From Bacteroidota bacterium (GTDB taxonomy: Bacteria; Bacteroidota; Bacteroidia; Bacteroidales; NBLH01): 64,000 nucleotides of DNA. The translations under genes and the position numbers were made by a program. A model generated the notes under the pieces. That model saw nothing but the letters and a program-made list of their open reading frames with translations, was not told the origin of the DNA and ran no database searches. Where the stretch lies: assembly GCA_039714415.1 (NCBI GenBank), contig JBDLJL010000001.1, forward strand, positions 23,172 through 87,171, in the 5' to 3' direction. Below are positions 9,162-18,021 of this stretch, in pieces (within the stretch, counting starts at the first letter, position 1; each line of letters starts with the position of its first letter).

Positions 9162-10370
9162 CTATTTTTTCAATAATACTTCCTTAATTCTTCTAAAATT
9201 ACCATCAATCTTATTTGTTTTAAGACCTAAAATGTGTGTAATTAAAGGATAAATATCAATATTTAGAAGTTCAGGTGCAGTATAAGCATCTTTAAATGCC
9301 GGGCCTACTGCGTAAAATATCGCATGCATATCTTTGTTATCATTATCATAGCCATGTGCACCTTTGTAATTAATCTTATCATGTTTGTTTAAAACAATGC
9401 TCCAGCTACTGTCAGCAACAATGCTAATATCCCCAATTCTATTACTTTTACCATAATGTAGGCGTTTTGGAATATCCTCTCTTTCCCAAAATTGAATGTG
9501 CTTAATTTTCTTTAAGGCATTTATAACAGAATCTTTATACTCTTTATTGTAAGAAAGGTTGTAATTTGGATTCGCACCTAATATTCTGGTTAACCATTTT
9601 TCTTTTAAATTGTCCTTCAAGACAACTACTTTTTCTTTTGATACAGCACCCATTCCATGATCTGAAGTGATAATTAAATTAATTTGATCCGTATACTCCA
9701 ATTTGCTTAAACCCTGTGTTAAATAACCCAAAATACTATCTAAATACTGGATTTTAGATTTCATCTCTTCACTATCAGGACCATATTTATGCCCATGGCT
9801 ATCTGGTTCATGAAAATACAGTAAAATAAGATGAGGGCGTTCTTTCTCAGGTAATTTTAGCCATTTTATAACTGTATCAACTCTTTGCTCAAAAGGGAAA
9901 TTGTGTTCGTATTCTTTCCAATAGCTTGCCTGTTGATTTTGTATTTTGGCTTCACTGCCTACCCAAAAAAAGGAAGCTGATTTAACTCCCTGTGTTTCGG
10001 CTAGATTCCAAATAGGAGTACCTTTATAATAATACCCGTCTTGAACTTTTGTTCGGTCTGCAATTTTGTACACTACTTTTTTTTCAGGTACAAAAAAGGT
10101 GTTATGTACAATACCATGATTGTCAGGGTATAACCCTGTTGCAATAGTATAATGATTCGGAAAAGTTTTGGTAGGGAATGAGGGCTTCAGTGATTTAGCT
10201 TTTACACCCTTAGCTTCTATGGAATCAAAAGTTGGGGTAAAAGTATTATTACAATAATCCCAGCGAAAACCATCAAAAGAAACTAATATTACGTAAGGAT
10301 TTTTCTGCGATGTAATGTTCTGAGTCAACAACAGGGAAAAAAGTATAAGTATAGAATTGATTTTATTCAT
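9162..10370 (-). CDS. Ectonucleotide pyrophosphatase/phosphodiesterase (alkaline-phosphatase superfamily), secreted
   Basis: 402 aa with a signal peptide. VSFDGFRWDY, PTKTFPNHYTIATGLYPDNHGIV, FHEPDSHGHKYGP and TSDHGM are the metal-ligand motifs of the type I phosphodiesterase family. Confidence 0.85.
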   Translation of the reverse strand: MNKINSILILFSLLLTQNITSQKNPYVILVSFDGFRWDYCNNTFTPTFDSIEAKGVKAKSLKPSFPTKTFPNHYTIATGLYPDNHGIVHNTFFVPEKKVVYKIADRTKVQDGYYYKGTPIWNLAETQGVKSASFFWVGSEAKIQNQQASYWKEYEHNFPFEQRVDTVIKWLKLPEKERPHLILLYFHEPDSHGHKYGPDSEEMKSKIQYLDSILGYLTQGLSKLEYTDQINLIITSDHGMGAVSKEKVVVLKDNLKEKWLTRILGANPNYNLSYNKEYKDSVINALKKIKHIQFWEREDIPKRLHYGKSNRIGDISIVADSSWSIVLNKHDKINYKGAHGYDNDNKDMHAIFYAVGPAFKDAYTAPELLNIDIYPLITHILGLKTNKIDGNFRRIKEVLLKK

Positions 10371-10402
10371 TTTAGCTTAGAGTAATAATTTACTAATAAA
10401 TT

Positions 10403-10432
10403 AAAAAAGGGCTATTCAAAAAAGAATAGCCC
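10403..10432 (-). terminator. Rho-independent terminator of the gld operon
   Basis: GGGCTATTC (10409-10417) pairs with GAATAGCCC (10424-10432). On the minus strand the hairpin is followed by TTTTTT. Confidence 0.8.
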
Positions 10433-10457
10433 TTCCAAAGAATATATTTTTGGGGAA

Positions 10458-11342
10458 TTAATATTCCCAAAGGTCTTGCTCAAAATTAAAAATACTTTCT
10501 TTAATGCGATCTGCTTCAAGTAGGGACTCTAAACCGATTGTGTAAGCTTGAATTGTTCTATTATTATAGGCATTTGATTCCTGAACAATGTAGCTTGAGA
10601 AATAACGTTTGAAGAATACATCATCAAATGATTTTCTTTCTGCATCATTATTGGGGTTAAAAACCTCATGACTAGCTAATATTTTTCTTGCCTCAGGGAA
10701 ATATACCCAAAACAGTTTTTTCTTTTTGATATTTTCATATCCTTCTTCATCATCTTCTTCATCATCCAAACTCTCTCTGGTAAATTCACGAACCGGGCAA
10801 AGGCCAATAACTCGCACGTCTAATACTGAACGTTGTTTATCAAAAAACCACATTTCTTTTACCAGGAATCTTTTTACTTCAGAAGTACTGTAGGTTCCCT
10901 CAATAGTAGTTTCTATCATGGGTCCATCCGGATCTTCAACATCCTCTACCATTACTACTTCATCCTGGGCGCCAAATTTGTCTTCAATTTCCTTCACGGT
11001 CATTACTGTAGCAAATTCATCGCCCTCTGATTCATCATATGCAGTTAAACCTTGGTTTTGCACACCCCACATCAATAAAGAAATAAGGCTCATTCGGTCA
11101 CCGATTGGAACCTCAGGATAATATAAAGGATGGTTCATTTTTTCCTTTAACTGAATTTCCCGCCATATAATTTTTGACCACATCACATCAGCTTCACGCA
11201 GATATTGATATGGAACCGGTTTTCTGTTCCTTGTCTTTTCTTTTATAAAAACACCGTTAAGAACATCTTGTGCATTTAAACCATCTGGACTAAATACTAT
11301 TACAAATAGCAGAATGATTGAAAATAATCCTTTTGTCTTCAT
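10458..11342 (-). CDS. gldN: Gliding motility / T9SS protein GldN (PorN)
   Basis: It is the last gene of the gldKLMN order. I prefer the ATG at 11342 (MKTKGLFSIILLFVIVF signal peptide) over the longer track ORF starting at 11420. Confidence 0.85.
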   Translation of the reverse strand: MKTKGLFSIILLFVIVFSPDGLNAQDVLNGVFIKEKTRNRKPVPYQYLREADVMWSKIIWREIQLKEKMNHPLYYPEVPIGDRMSLISLLMWGVQNQGLTAYDESEGDEFATVMTVKEIEDKFGAQDEVVMVEDVEDPDGPMIETTIEGTYSTSEVKRFLVKEMWFFDKQRSVLDVRVIGLCPVREFTRESLDDEEDDEEGYENIKKKKLFWVYFPEARKILASHEVFNPNNDAERKSFDDVFFKRYFSSYIVQESNAYNNRTIQAYTIGLESLLEADRIKESIFNFEQDLWEY

Positions 11343-11431
11343 CAGTTTATTTATTAAGTTACTACCTTTTCTCCTTTTATAGGATTCTTTTGGAAAGCAG
11401 TATAGGCTACTGCTTTCCATTTGCTACACTG

Positions 11432-12976
11432 TTATTTCAATTTAAATGATATTGCACCCAAATTCCTGGTTGTTCCATCAGGACCTTTAGCTCTAATATC
11501 TGAGATTAACACCTTTCTTTTACTTGGTATTTTTTTAATCAGTTGCCTTTGTTGTGCCGTAAAACGTGCTCCATTAGAACGGGCTTCCTCTTCATACCCT
11601 TTTATGGTAGCAGAAATAGTAAAACTTGTAACATTATATCTTAATGCAAAATCAAAGTTTTCCAAATCAGCTTTTACACCTGACTGGGCTGTTAGCCAGT
11701 TTTTAGAAACTGTACCTCTTTTTTTGCCACCCACTTTTGCAATTGGATCCGGTACTCTTTTTACACGAAATTCCTTGGAACCCATGTTCTTTCCATCTGC
11801 TGTTGCACTTACACGTACTTTACCGACCTTCTTTACTTTAACAACATAACTGTTCCCTTTTCTACGGATACTTCCGCTTGATATCCTGGCTTGAAGTTTA
11901 CTAGGATCAATACCTGGAACAGATACATCTACCGGGTTATCTACACCTATATAAAATACATTCATTTTCGTGGGTGATACAACTAATTGAGCTACGCCAA
12001 CAGTATATTCACTTTTAAAATGATACTGCTTTATTTCTTTTGTTTCAGGATTAACCAACTCAATTACACCGCCCCAGGATTTAACACCGGCAGAACCTGT
12101 ATTACCTGTAAACATACCTTTACCCTCTTTTACGGGTAAAGTAGAACCTCCGTTTAGTTTAATCACTGGTTTAACTGTTGAGTCAGAAGCAGCAATAAAT
12201 ACTTCTGCAGTATAAGGCTGTCCTTTTAACACATAATTTGTTGGCGAGTTAACAATGGCCTCAACTTTATTAAATTTATAATCACTAGCACTAATTTTTC
12301 CAAATAAGTAGCCTAAAATATCAGCTTCAGCATTTCGCACATCAGCTTGCATTTTTGTCATTAGCGTAATAACACCTGCTAAGGGCAAATGATCGAAGTT
12401 TGCCGTTTGCCAGGGCACCATATTATTTTCAAGGCCAAGAATATCATCAGTATTTAAATTATTTTTAATACTTGATATTACAGGCATGTACAATGTTGAA
12501 TCTTTTCCGACAATGGTAATAAGAGATTCCTTATATGCCTCAATTCTTTCTTTTAAATGGGTGGCACGATTTTTACCATCCACTTTTTCCTTGATCATCC
12601 TTTGACCCGGGATATTTACATTATCTTTTGATTGAATACTATCAGCACGTCCTTCAGGGCCATCAGCTGTAGTAACAATTAATTGTTTTAAAGTATCAAT
12701 ATAGTCAAATAGTTCTTTTGAGCTAATTTTTACGCCATCTGCTTTATCTTTCCATGGTTTAACCGCTGCTTCATTGTCTTCCATAGACTTATTAAACTCA
12801 TTATAAACAGCATTGTTCTTCTTTTCTGAGTTTGCAGTCGTGGTCCTTAAACTGTTGTCAATTAACAAAAAGGCATTAAGAACTTCAGCAGAAACATTCA
12901 ACGCAAGCAAAGCAGTCAGCACCAGGTACATCATACCTATCATTTTTTGCCGTGGGCTTTCTTTTCCGTGTCCCAT
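11432..12976 (-). CDS. gldM: Gliding motility / T9SS protein GldM (PorM)
   Basis: 514 aa. The N-terminus MGHGKESPRQKMIGMMYLVLTALLALNVS matches the conserved GldM start (PRQKMI..MYLV...L.A.NVS). Confidence 0.9.
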   Translation of the reverse strand: MGHGKESPRQKMIGMMYLVLTALLALNVSAEVLNAFLLIDNSLRTTTANSEKKNNAVYNEFNKSMEDNEAAVKPWKDKADGVKISSKELFDYIDTLKQLIVTTADGPEGRADSIQSKDNVNIPGQRMIKEKVDGKNRATHLKERIEAYKESLITIVGKDSTLYMPVISSIKNNLNTDDILGLENNMVPWQTANFDHLPLAGVITLMTKMQADVRNAEADILGYLFGKISASDYKFNKVEAIVNSPTNYVLKGQPYTAEVFIAASDSTVKPVIKLNGGSTLPVKEGKGMFTGNTGSAGVKSWGGVIELVNPETKEIKQYHFKSEYTVGVAQLVVSPTKMNVFYIGVDNPVDVSVPGIDPSKLQARISSGSIRRKGNSYVVKVKKVGKVRVSATADGKNMGSKEFRVKRVPDPIAKVGGKKRGTVSKNWLTAQSGVKADLENFDFALRYNVTSFTISATIKGYEEEARSNGARFTAQQRQLIKKIPSKRKVLISDIRAKGPDGTTRNLGAISFKLK

Positions 12977-13018
12977 AATTCTTCAGATTTAAATTAAAAT
13001 AAAAAATTCAGATAATAA

Positions 13019-13930
13019 TTAGTCATTAAGGTTAACATTCATTGCAGAAAGCATGTTTCCGTAAATGTTATTTAATGATTCTAAGCGGTTACCCAGTTTT
13101 TTAATTTCGGTATGATATTTTCTTGATTCAGTAACGGAACCATTAAGGTCTTCCATCATTTTATCAAGGTCAGCCTCATTTAACTGAAGTTCAAAAATAG
13201 CGTTTAAAGCAGTTAGGTTTTTATTCAACACATCAACCTGACCACTGTATTTGTCATTTCCTTCTTTAAGTGCAGAGAAATCAATATCCATAGCATCTGT
13301 TAAGCGCTCATAAGCTGATATAAAGTTTCCACCTTTTTCTGTAACCTGTTGTGCAGATTTAGCATAAGAATCAGATAAATTCTCAAGAGAGTAACTTAAC
13401 GATTCTGCTGATTGTTTGTATGACTCAGAAGATCCTCTGTATGCTTCAGAAAGTTCATTAACAGAACCGGAAGCACTCTTCATGTTATTGGTAAATTCAT
13501 TAGTTGCCATAGCTGCATCTGAAATATTAGCCATATCATTAACCCTTTCGTTAAGATTGGTAATACCGTCACCTAACTTACTAAATAGGTCAGCCCCACC
13601 AGCTTTTTCAAGCATGTCATCAAATTTAGCCAAAGCTTCACCTGAAGATTTTGGACCAGAACTTGCAATTTCTATTTCGTCATCATCGTCAAGCCCTGCT
13701 AATTGAGGATAAACAAGTGTCCAGTCAATTTCTTCATGTAAAGGTTCAAAAGCAGAAAAGAAGAAAATTATTGCTTCCGTACCAAGTCCAGCCATAAGCA
13801 TTTGGTCGGCAAAAGGCCAGTGTAATATTTTAAATAATGCACCAATAATTACAACTGAAGCTCCCCAGCCATATAATTTTGCCATGAAATTTTTCCATGC
13901 ATGCGATTGAGTTAATTGAGCAAGTCCCAT
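13019..13930 (-). CDS. gldL: Gliding motility / T9SS protein GldL (PorL)
   Basis: 303 aa. It has two N-terminal TM helices with the conserved GASVVIIGALFKILHWP and GLGTEAIIFFFSAFEP segments, then a coiled-coil tail. Confidence 0.9.
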   Translation of the reverse strand: MGLAQLTQSHAWKNFMAKLYGWGASVVIIGALFKILHWPFADQMLMAGLGTEAIIFFFSAFEPLHEEIDWTLVYPQLAGLDDDDEIEIASSGPKSSGEALAKFDDMLEKAGGADLFSKLGDGITNLNERVNDMANISDAAMATNEFTNNMKSASGSVNELSEAYRGSSESYKQSAESLSYSLENLSDSYAKSAQQVTEKGGNFISAYERLTDAMDIDFSALKEGNDKYSGQVDVLNKNLTALNAIFELQLNEADLDKMMEDLNGSVTESRKYHTEIKKLGNRLESLNNIYGNMLSAMNVNLND

Positions 13931-14027
13931 ATCATCTAATAGTTTAAATTAATAAATTAAATTGAATTGAATTGATTTTTGAAGCTAAATATATATATAA
14001 AGATTGAATATTAAAAATATACAGAGA

Positions 14028-15431
14028 TTAATTAAACTTACTGAAGTCCCAGTCAGCACCATCACGTCCCATGAATGACCTTACACATCGGAAACCAACA
14101 TAAGATTTTGCTGTGTCCTGATATTCATAAGTTCGCGTAGCTACCTGCATATAATAACCAATATCTTTCCATGAGCCACCACGGATTACTTTCCTTTTAA
14201 GAACAGGTGGGTCGTCAGCAAGTGCATTATATACATAATCGGGATTCAGGTCATGTGTAAAGCTGTATGCTGATTCATCAAATGCATTTGATGTCCATTC
14301 AGCAACATTACCGGCCATATCATATAATCCCCATTCATTTGGTGAGAATAAAGCAACTTCAATAGTCTCGTTTGAACCATCACTACCATAGTCGCCCCTT
14401 AGAGGTTTAAAGTTTGCAATAAAACAACCAGTATTATTTCTCGAGTATGGACCACCCCATGGATACATTGAAAGCATAAGACCACCACGAGCAGCATACT
14501 CCCACTCAGCTTCGGTAGGTAATCTATAATCCTGGAACGGAACACTTCTTTTTTGAGCCATATAGTTTCTCATTAACTGAGTACGCCATATACAAAATGC
14601 ATTTGCTTGTTTCCAGGTTACCCCAACAACAGGATAGTTGTCAAAGGCAGGGTGCCAGAAATAACTTTTGGCATAGGGTTCGTTATAAGAATAAGTGTAA
14701 TCAGCCATCCAAACTAATGTATCAGGATAAACATCAATTTTAGCTGACATAACAAAAGAGGAGCGGTCTTTAATTGCTTCTTTTTCACCTTTACTGTTAA
14801 TAATTTCACCGTTATATTCACCACCGGTATAGTCATCATTAAAGTTATAACGGTTTGTTTTTTTCGCAGCCTGTTTTAGGTCTACCCAATAATATTCATA
14901 AATTAATTTTCGGGAATCTACTTCTTTTCTTCTGTAAAAGCGTTCGTGTTGCGCAAGGAATATATCTTTAATTGCATCTATATACTCTTCATCTTCGCTA
15001 TTCCACTGAATTTCTGTTTCCCAATTCAAATAACAGGTTTCAGGATCATCGTGGTCATAGCCATCATATGCAATCTCCTCGTTCATTTCAGCTTTATAAC
15101 CTTCGATATCATTTCTTACCAACATCCTTCTGGTTAATGAATCACGTACCCAAAAAACAAATTGTCTGTATTCGTTATTTGTAATTTCGGTAATATCCAT
15201 CCAGAAAGGGTCAATAGATACCGTTTTTGATTGTGCCGTAAGTGCAAACGGAACATCCTGATCATTAGGACCCATAATGAATGAACCCATTGGAATAAAT
15301 GCCATACCATATGGATCTGGTTCATAAAAATCTTTCCTGTCTGGAACTCCAACTAACTCACCTTGCGGCCCTTTGTTTTTGCAGCTTGCGAACATTAATA
15401 CTACCAAGCTAAAAAGAATCAATTTTTTCAT
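14028..15431 (-). CDS. gldK: Gliding motility / T9SS lipoprotein GldK (PorK), FGE-sulfatase-fold
   Basis: I prefer the ATG at 15431 (MKKLILFSLVVLMFASC lipobox) over the TTG at 15458. Motifs: RLPTEAEWEYAARGG and RGGSW...RCVR. Confidence 0.9.
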   Translation of the reverse strand: MKKLILFSLVVLMFASCKNKGPQGELVGVPDRKDFYEPDPYGMAFIPMGSFIMGPNDQDVPFALTAQSKTVSIDPFWMDITEITNNEYRQFVFWVRDSLTRRMLVRNDIEGYKAEMNEEIAYDGYDHDDPETCYLNWETEIQWNSEDEEYIDAIKDIFLAQHERFYRRKEVDSRKLIYEYYWVDLKQAAKKTNRYNFNDDYTGGEYNGEIINSKGEKEAIKDRSSFVMSAKIDVYPDTLVWMADYTYSYNEPYAKSYFWHPAFDNYPVVGVTWKQANAFCIWRTQLMRNYMAQKRSVPFQDYRLPTEAEWEYAARGGLMLSMYPWGGPYSRNNTGCFIANFKPLRGDYGSDGSNETIEVALFSPNEWGLYDMAGNVAEWTSNAFDESAYSFTHDLNPDYVYNALADDPPVLKRKVIRGGSWKDIGYYMQVATRTYEYQDTAKSYVGFRCVRSFMGRDGADWDFSKFN

Positions 15432-15468
15432 ATCATCAAACCTTAATTTTATTGCCAATGCTGTTTAT

Positions 15469-16401
15469 TTACAAAAATCTAACACTTCTATATTTTTGAG
15501 GTGCTTTATCAAAACCAATGTTGAAACAATAACCTAGCATAATTTCATGACTTCCATCATTGGTATTTATTAATTTTGAGAAATTTAAACCGTAAGCATA
15601 ACCGATTTTTATTCCGTTGAACAATTCAATGCCTGCCATTACATCTATTGCATCAGTTGTTCTATAAGAAACGCCGCCCCAGAATTTTTTATTGTATACG
15701 GCCATCATATTAATTGTTATTTGTGCTGAAGCAGCATCTGATTTTATTAATAAATTGGGTTTCAAATCAAGATTACTACCTGAAAGCTGTATATTGTAAC
15801 CTGCCATTAAATAATAATGTCTTTTTAAATGGGATTGTTCCGTATTTGTGAATTTAAATTTGGGTTGTGTAAGATGAGTTGCAGATAAACCTACAAATAA
15901 ATCACCTGCTGTATATGCCATTCCAAATGCCAGGTCTAAAACCATACTATTGTCTTTTTCTGCAGGAATTGCCGGGTCAGTATCAGCAGAAGTTTCTGGT
16001 GTAACCCAGGTTCCATCATATGCAATGTTATAGATTCCACCTTCAACACCCAGGCGAAGTGTTCCTGCACCCAAATTACGGGAATATGCATATTGAAGGC
16101 TTCCCCTGAAATTGTTTTCAAAACCCAAACGGTCGTCCATAAGTGAAATGCCAACACCACTGTTTATACCCAAAAGGTTAAGCGGGGCATTTGCATTAAA
16201 AGCAGTTGTTTTAGGAGCCCCTTCAAATCCCAGCCATTGTTGGCGATTTATAATACCTACACAGATATCACCTTCGCTACCGGCAAATGCCGGATTTAAT
16301 TTTACTTTATCAAAAAAGACATGGCTTAATATTGGATCTTGCTGGGCACTTATATTTGTTAGGCTATACAATAGCGCAAATAATAGTATAAGCGGCCTCA
16401 T
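15469..16401 (-). CDS. PorP/SprF-family T9SS outer-membrane beta-barrel protein
   Basis: It lies immediately upstream of gldK. The PorP/SprF signature is present (QQDPILSHVFFDKVKLNPAFAG ... final RFL). I prefer the ATG at 16401 (MRPLILLFALL signal). Confidence 0.85.
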   Translation of the reverse strand: MRPLILLFALLYSLTNISAQQDPILSHVFFDKVKLNPAFAGSEGDICVGIINRQQWLGFEGAPKTTAFNANAPLNLLGINSGVGISLMDDRLGFENNFRGSLQYAYSRNLGAGTLRLGVEGGIYNIAYDGTWVTPETSADTDPAIPAEKDNSMVLDLAFGMAYTAGDLFVGLSATHLTQPKFKFTNTEQSHLKRHYYLMAGYNIQLSGSNLDLKPNLLIKSDAASAQITINMMAVYNKKFWGGVSYRTTDAIDVMAGIELFNGIKIGYAYGLNFSKLINTNDGSHEIMLGYCFNIGFDKAPQKYRSVRFL

Positions 16402-16625
16402 AAAAATTCCATATATATTAGTTAATCTTAGCAAAGTAAATAAATTTTTTTAATGAAAACAAACATCTATGTTTTAGAAAAAACTTTTCTAAATTGTATC
16501 AATATATGTGCCATATTTTTTTTGAATAGGAAGATACAGATTTTAATCTTGTAGTTTTATCTTTTTATACGTAAATTTTATAAAAATGTTTCTTAAATTG
16601 TACTGTTTTTTTTAATTTAATGATA

Positions 16626-17786
16626 TTACCTCATTTTTTGCACATTCCTAATCCATCTTTCAGGCAATTCCTGAGTACATGCTAATTTATAATCTTCATA
16701 AGAGCAGGCAATAACTTTACCAGTTGATTGTTTCTTTGGATTGGGAATTTCCATCCACCATCTGTCATTATTAATGTTACGGTAAAAAACAATATTCTGC
16801 TCTTTGTTATCAAAATTTACAATGAATTTAGTATAGTTTTTTAAATTCCTGTCAGGATAATCTTTTTGTCTTTGTGTTACTCCTTCAATAAAATACCAAA
16901 TAATTTGTGCACAAAGGTTTACGGTTTGGTTGTTTACATCAAACCTCGGATTAACATTATAAATACCAAAAGATGATAACCGGTCGCTTAAACCGGCATA
17001 ACGTGAAAGTTGACATAATTCTTCACCATAAAAACCATTTGCCGAAGGATTGTAAAATGCTGGAGCTTCAGCTTGTTTAACTGCACTTATATCGATACTC
17101 AATATATCTGCATCTCGTAAAACCGGTTCTGATTCTTTAATATTTGCCCTAACTTTTCCTAAGCGGTATGAGTCAAAATTTAGCTTATTTATCAAATCAG
17201 TTTCTTCTTTGTTTGTATAATATGCCTGGTAACCAAGGTTTGTATAATTAAATATATTTTCACTATTTAATGCCATTATTTGGCCAATAAAACTTGAGGA
17301 ATCAAAATGATCAGTTAGGTAACCTATATCAAATTTAGGGTCAATTGAAACAAGGTTGACTTCTTTATTTAATTGATGATATGCCAAAAAATTTCCATAA
17401 GTTAAATCCTGGCTTCCACCAATGATTAGTGGAATTATTGATACAGAGATTAATTCAGCTACGATATCGCCAACGGCCACATAAGTATCTTTTAGTGTTT
17501 TACCAGGTTTTAAATTACCCAGGTCAATTATACTGGCAGATTCAGGCAGATTCAGATGATATAATTTTTCTCTGATAATATCTGGTGCCAGGGCAGTACC
17601 TTTATTTTTGGTGTTTCTTTCTTCAGGAACACCAAAAATTGCAATTTTATATTTATTTATATTTTTAAGGTGATTATTTTCCAGATTTTTATCAATATGG
17701 TACAAGGCGTACTTATTGCTTTTAACCTCCTGACTGATATCAAGTTTTTCAATTTCAATATGGTCAAAATAGGCAGAAATATCCAT
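16626..17786 (-). CDS. Arginase/ureohydrolase-family protein (formimidoylglutamase-like)
   Basis: 386 aa. IGGSQDLTYGNF, the SIDPKFD and LSIDISAV metal-site-like motifs, and a long C-terminal extension common in Bacteroidota members. Confidence 0.7.
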   Translation of the reverse strand: MDISAYFDHIEIEKLDISQEVKSNKYALYHIDKNLENNHLKNINKYKIAIFGVPEERNTKNKGTALAPDIIREKLYHLNLPESASIIDLGNLKPGKTLKDTYVAVGDIVAELISVSIIPLIIGGSQDLTYGNFLAYHQLNKEVNLVSIDPKFDIGYLTDHFDSSSFIGQIMALNSENIFNYTNLGYQAYYTNKEETDLINKLNFDSYRLGKVRANIKESEPVLRDADILSIDISAVKQAEAPAFYNPSANGFYGEELCQLSRYAGLSDRLSSFGIYNVNPRFDVNNQTVNLCAQIIWYFIEGVTQRQKDYPDRNLKNYTKFIVNFDNKEQNIVFYRNINNDRWWMEIPNPKKQSTGKVIACSYEDYKLACTQELPERWIRNVQKMR

Positions 17787-17877
17787 GTGCTGTTATCTAT
17801 TTAATGCATTAAAGTATATAACAAATATACAGTGTGCTTTAGATTATAACAAATGAAATATAAATTGTTTTATACCA

Positions 17878-17998
17878 GGCAACTTTTAAAAATCCGTTTC
17901 TCTGCGTTACGCCTAAATTTTAAAACACTCATTTACAGAAGTAAAATCGAGCTTTAAAATTTAGGCAAGCCTTAATAATCGAATTTTTAGAAGTCACC
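17878..17998. repeat. 121-bp palindromic MITE-like intergenic repeat (reference copy)
   Basis: GGCAACTTTTAAAAATCCG...CGAATTTTTAGAAGTCACC with imperfect terminal inverted repeats and a central hairpin CATTTAC-AGAA-GTAAAAT. The reverse-complement copy at 50078-50198 is identical at 112/121 positions by manual alignment. Confidence 0.85.
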
Positions 17999-18021
17999 AC
18001 TATTATCAAATCCCGGGATAA

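Noticed and set aside
11421-11849. 142-aa plus-strand ORF overlapping the 3' end of gldM
   Set aside because: It is antisense to a gene with unmistakable GldM homology. Its translation is hydrophobic and low-complexity with no recognisable motif, which is typical of a shadow ORF in AT-rich DNA.
10458-16401. porP-gldKLMN cluster as a novel system
   Set aside because: This is the well-characterised core of Bacteroidota gliding/T9SS, with intact order and motifs. It is useful for taxonomy but is not novel.
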